Shown: positions 62,122 to 64,000 of the stretch, one piece after another | Layout: each line of letters begins with the position of its first letter | Position numbering within the stretch: position 1 is the first letter of the stretch | Source of the DNA: Gammaproteobacteria bacterium | Lineage (GTDB): Bacteria > Pseudomonadota > Gammaproteobacteria > UBA4575 | DNA: 64,000 nucleotides | NCBI GenBank assembly: GCA_965243395.1 | Contig: CBDEUS010000001.1 | Location: forward strand, 448,001 to 512,000 | Direction: 5' to 3' | The notes under the pieces: generated by a model | What the model was told of the DNA's origin: nothing | Database searches by the model: none | Seen by the model: only the letters and a program-made list of their open reading frames with translations | Program-made: the position numbers and the translations under genes

Positions 62122-63795
62122 TTAAAGTTTACTCTGCCGAAGCATCTCTTTTGCATGTTCTTGGGTATTTTTAGTAAGTTCAACACCGCCTAACATGCGT
62201 GCTAGTTCATTAATACGATCATCTTCAGCTAAATGTGAGATGTTAGTTATAATCGATTCATCTTTTTCTAATTTGTCAACTTTATAGTGGTGATGAGATT
62301 GCGCGGCCACTTGGGGTAAATGTGTCACACAAAATACTTGGGCGCTATTCCCTAATTTGCGCAAATGTTTACCTACCATTTCTGCAGTAGCTCCGCCTAC
62401 ACCAGTATCAACTTCGTCAAATATTAATGTCGGGATTTTGAGATTATTTGAAGTTGCCATTTGTATGGCCAAACTTAATCTTGAAAGTTCTCCACCTGAG
62501 GCTACTTTGTTTAAGGGCCTGAGTGTTTGACCAGGATTAGTATGCACTAAAAATTGAATTTCATCTAAGCCGTTTAAAGACAACTCTGTTGATTTTTTTG
62601 CTTCCACATTGATATAGAAACGACCACCCTGCATACCCAATGACTGCATTGATTCTGTGATACTTTCATTTAACTCATTTGCAGCTTTCTTGCGGGAGGT
62701 GCTAATTTTTTTGGCAATTGTTCGGTAGGCTTGCTCCGATTCTTCCATGGATGATTTAATTTTTTCAGGGTCTTCGTGGCCATTTTCAAGGTTATTTAGT
62801 TCTTCTTTGATAGATTTTCGCATGGTCACTAATTGTTGTGGTTTAACTTTATGTTTTCGAGCAATATCTTCAATAGCCGTTATTCGATCTTCGAGTGTTT
62901 TTAATTCTTGCGGGTTAGAGGAAATTTTTTCAGAATATTTTCGTAAACTGTTGGACAATTCTTTGGTTTGAATATGGATGCTTGATAAAGATTCTAGAGA
63001 TTCCTCTAGGTTATCATCAATTTCGACATATTTTTCCAAATCACTTATAGATGTACTGAGTATGTCGTAAATAGAGCCTTCATTATCGCCCGCAAGTTGT
63101 TGTGAAATACGCATACTGGTTTCGTTTAGCTCCTTAGAATTGTTTAAACGAGTAAACCTATCATTAATTTCTTCATATTCAGATTCTTGTAAATTCAGCT
63201 CATCTAATTCTTTAGACTGGTAGCGTAGTAAATCTATCTTTGCGCTAGTATCTTCTTGATTGCTTTCTGCGATTTCTAATTGATTCTTAAGACTTTGCCA
63301 AAGGCGAAAAACCGAAGCTAAATTTTCAATGTTTGTTTGATTTCCGGCAAAATCATCCAGCAGTTGACGTTGCATATCTATCCGCATTAAGGATTGATGC
63401 TCATGTTGTCCATAGACATCTACTAATAAATCTCCGAGGCTGCGCAAAGCTGTAACAGAGGATGGAGTAGCATTGATGTAAGCTTTAGATTTGCCGTCTG
63501 TATTGATAACGCGGCGTAAAACACACTCATCACCATCTCCGAGATCGTGTTCTATTAGCCAGTTTGATGCTTCAGTTGAATTGCTGGAATCGAGTGTTGC
63601 GATAACTTCCACATTTTCATTTTTATCACGTGCTATTGAACGATCAGCACGATTACCAAGTGCAAGATTTAATGCATCAATGATGATGGATTTTCCCGCT
63701 CCGGTTTCTCCAGTCAACACGCTCATGCCATCAAAAAAATCTAACTCTAATTCATCAATGATGGCAAAGTTTTTTATGAAGATAGATTTCAGCAT
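62122..63795 (-). CDS. recN: DNA repair protein RecN
   Basis: TGETGAGKS, GQHEHQ, ASGGELSR, FDEVDTG and VTHLPQVA motifs. Confidence 0.97.
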   Translation of the reverse strand: MLKSIFIKNFAIIDELELDFFDGMSVLTGETGAGKSIIIDALNLALGNRADRSIARDKNENVEVIATLDSSNSTEASNWLIEHDLGDGDECVLRRVINTDGKSKAYINATPSSVTALRSLGDLLVDVYGQHEHQSLMRIDMQRQLLDDFAGNQTNIENLASVFRLWQSLKNQLEIAESNQEDTSAKIDLLRYQSKELDELNLQESEYEEINDRFTRLNNSKELNETSMRISQQLAGDNEGSIYDILSTSISDLEKYVEIDDNLEESLESLSSIHIQTKELSNSLRKYSEKISSNPQELKTLEDRITAIEDIARKHKVKPQQLVTMRKSIKEELNNLENGHEDPEKIKSSMEESEQAYRTIAKKISTSRKKAANELNESITESMQSLGMQGGRFYINVEAKKSTELSLNGLDEIQFLVHTNPGQTLRPLNKVASGGELSRLSLAIQMATSNNLKIPTLIFDEVDTGVGGATAEMVGKHLRKLGNSAQVFCVTHLPQVAAQSHHHYKVDKLEKDESIITNISHLAEDDRINELARMLGGVELTKNTQEHAKEMLRQSKL

Positions 63796-63819
63796 AAAGG
63801 TGCTTCAAGCTACTGAAGA

Positions 63820-64000
63820 CTAATTGTTATTATTATTGGGAGGGGTGCTCCAGCGTAACTTTTCACGTAATACATCAAAGTAGTCATAATCTTTAGGTTG
63901 AATTAATCGTAAGGCGCTTTTTCCTTTTTCAATTACAATTTTGTCCCCCGGTATGAAATCCATATTGATTTGACCGTCCACAGAAGCTAGAGCGGTATGA
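63820..64000 (-). CDS. nadK: NAD kinase C-terminus (truncated by window edge)
   Basis: Hand translation ...VDGQINMDFIPGDKIVIEK...LRLIQPKDYDYFDVLREKLRWS; nadK-recN synteny. Confidence 0.88.
   Translation of the reverse strand, partial: HTALASVDGQINMDFIPGDKIVIEKGKSALRLIQPKDYDYFDVLREKLRWSTPPNNNNN

Noticed and set aside
62121-62186. Extended bamE N-terminus overlapping recN (ORF-track start 62186)
   Set aside because: ATG 62120 gives a normal lipoprotein signal peptide with no overlap.

Overview
Chromosomal segment of an AT-rich Gammaproteobacterium, assigned from gene order and protein motifs. Most of it is conserved backbone: leuCDB-asd-fimV-truA-trpFBA-accD-folC-dedD-cvpA-purF, lpxH-ppiB, tRNA Pro/Arg/His/Leu, tig-clpP-clpX-lon-hupB-tRNA Val/Asp-ppiD, fabI, a peptide-type ABC transporter, mltD-methyltransferase-rnhA-dnaQ, and smpB-ratA-ratB-bamE-recN-nadK (partial). 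Accessory DNA sits in three places. (1) The spacers of the Pro-Arg-His-Leu tRNA cluster (19.8-29.0 kb) hold the best candidate for an undescribed system: a cytochrome P450 and a stand-alone fatty acyl-AMP ligase-carrier protein fusion, tail-to-tail with two LpxL-family acyltransferases. Its logic resembles Vibrio AlmEFG, but with a fatty acyl substrate and an oxidative tailoring step. The same spacers carry an apparently circularly permuted GIY-YIG protein, a decayed tRNA-Pro 3' copy, GTA-loop hairpins, a lone lambda Nu1-like wHTH gene and a secreted Gsp-amidase-like CHAP protein. (2) A patch of small genes at 39.6-44.2 kb has two FNR-type boxes. (3) A Ser/Thr kinase-PP2C-FHA module lies at 51.4-54.6 kb. 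I saw no CRISPR array, rRNA, integrase, transposase or tmRNA. All assignments come from reading motifs by eye; no database searches were run.
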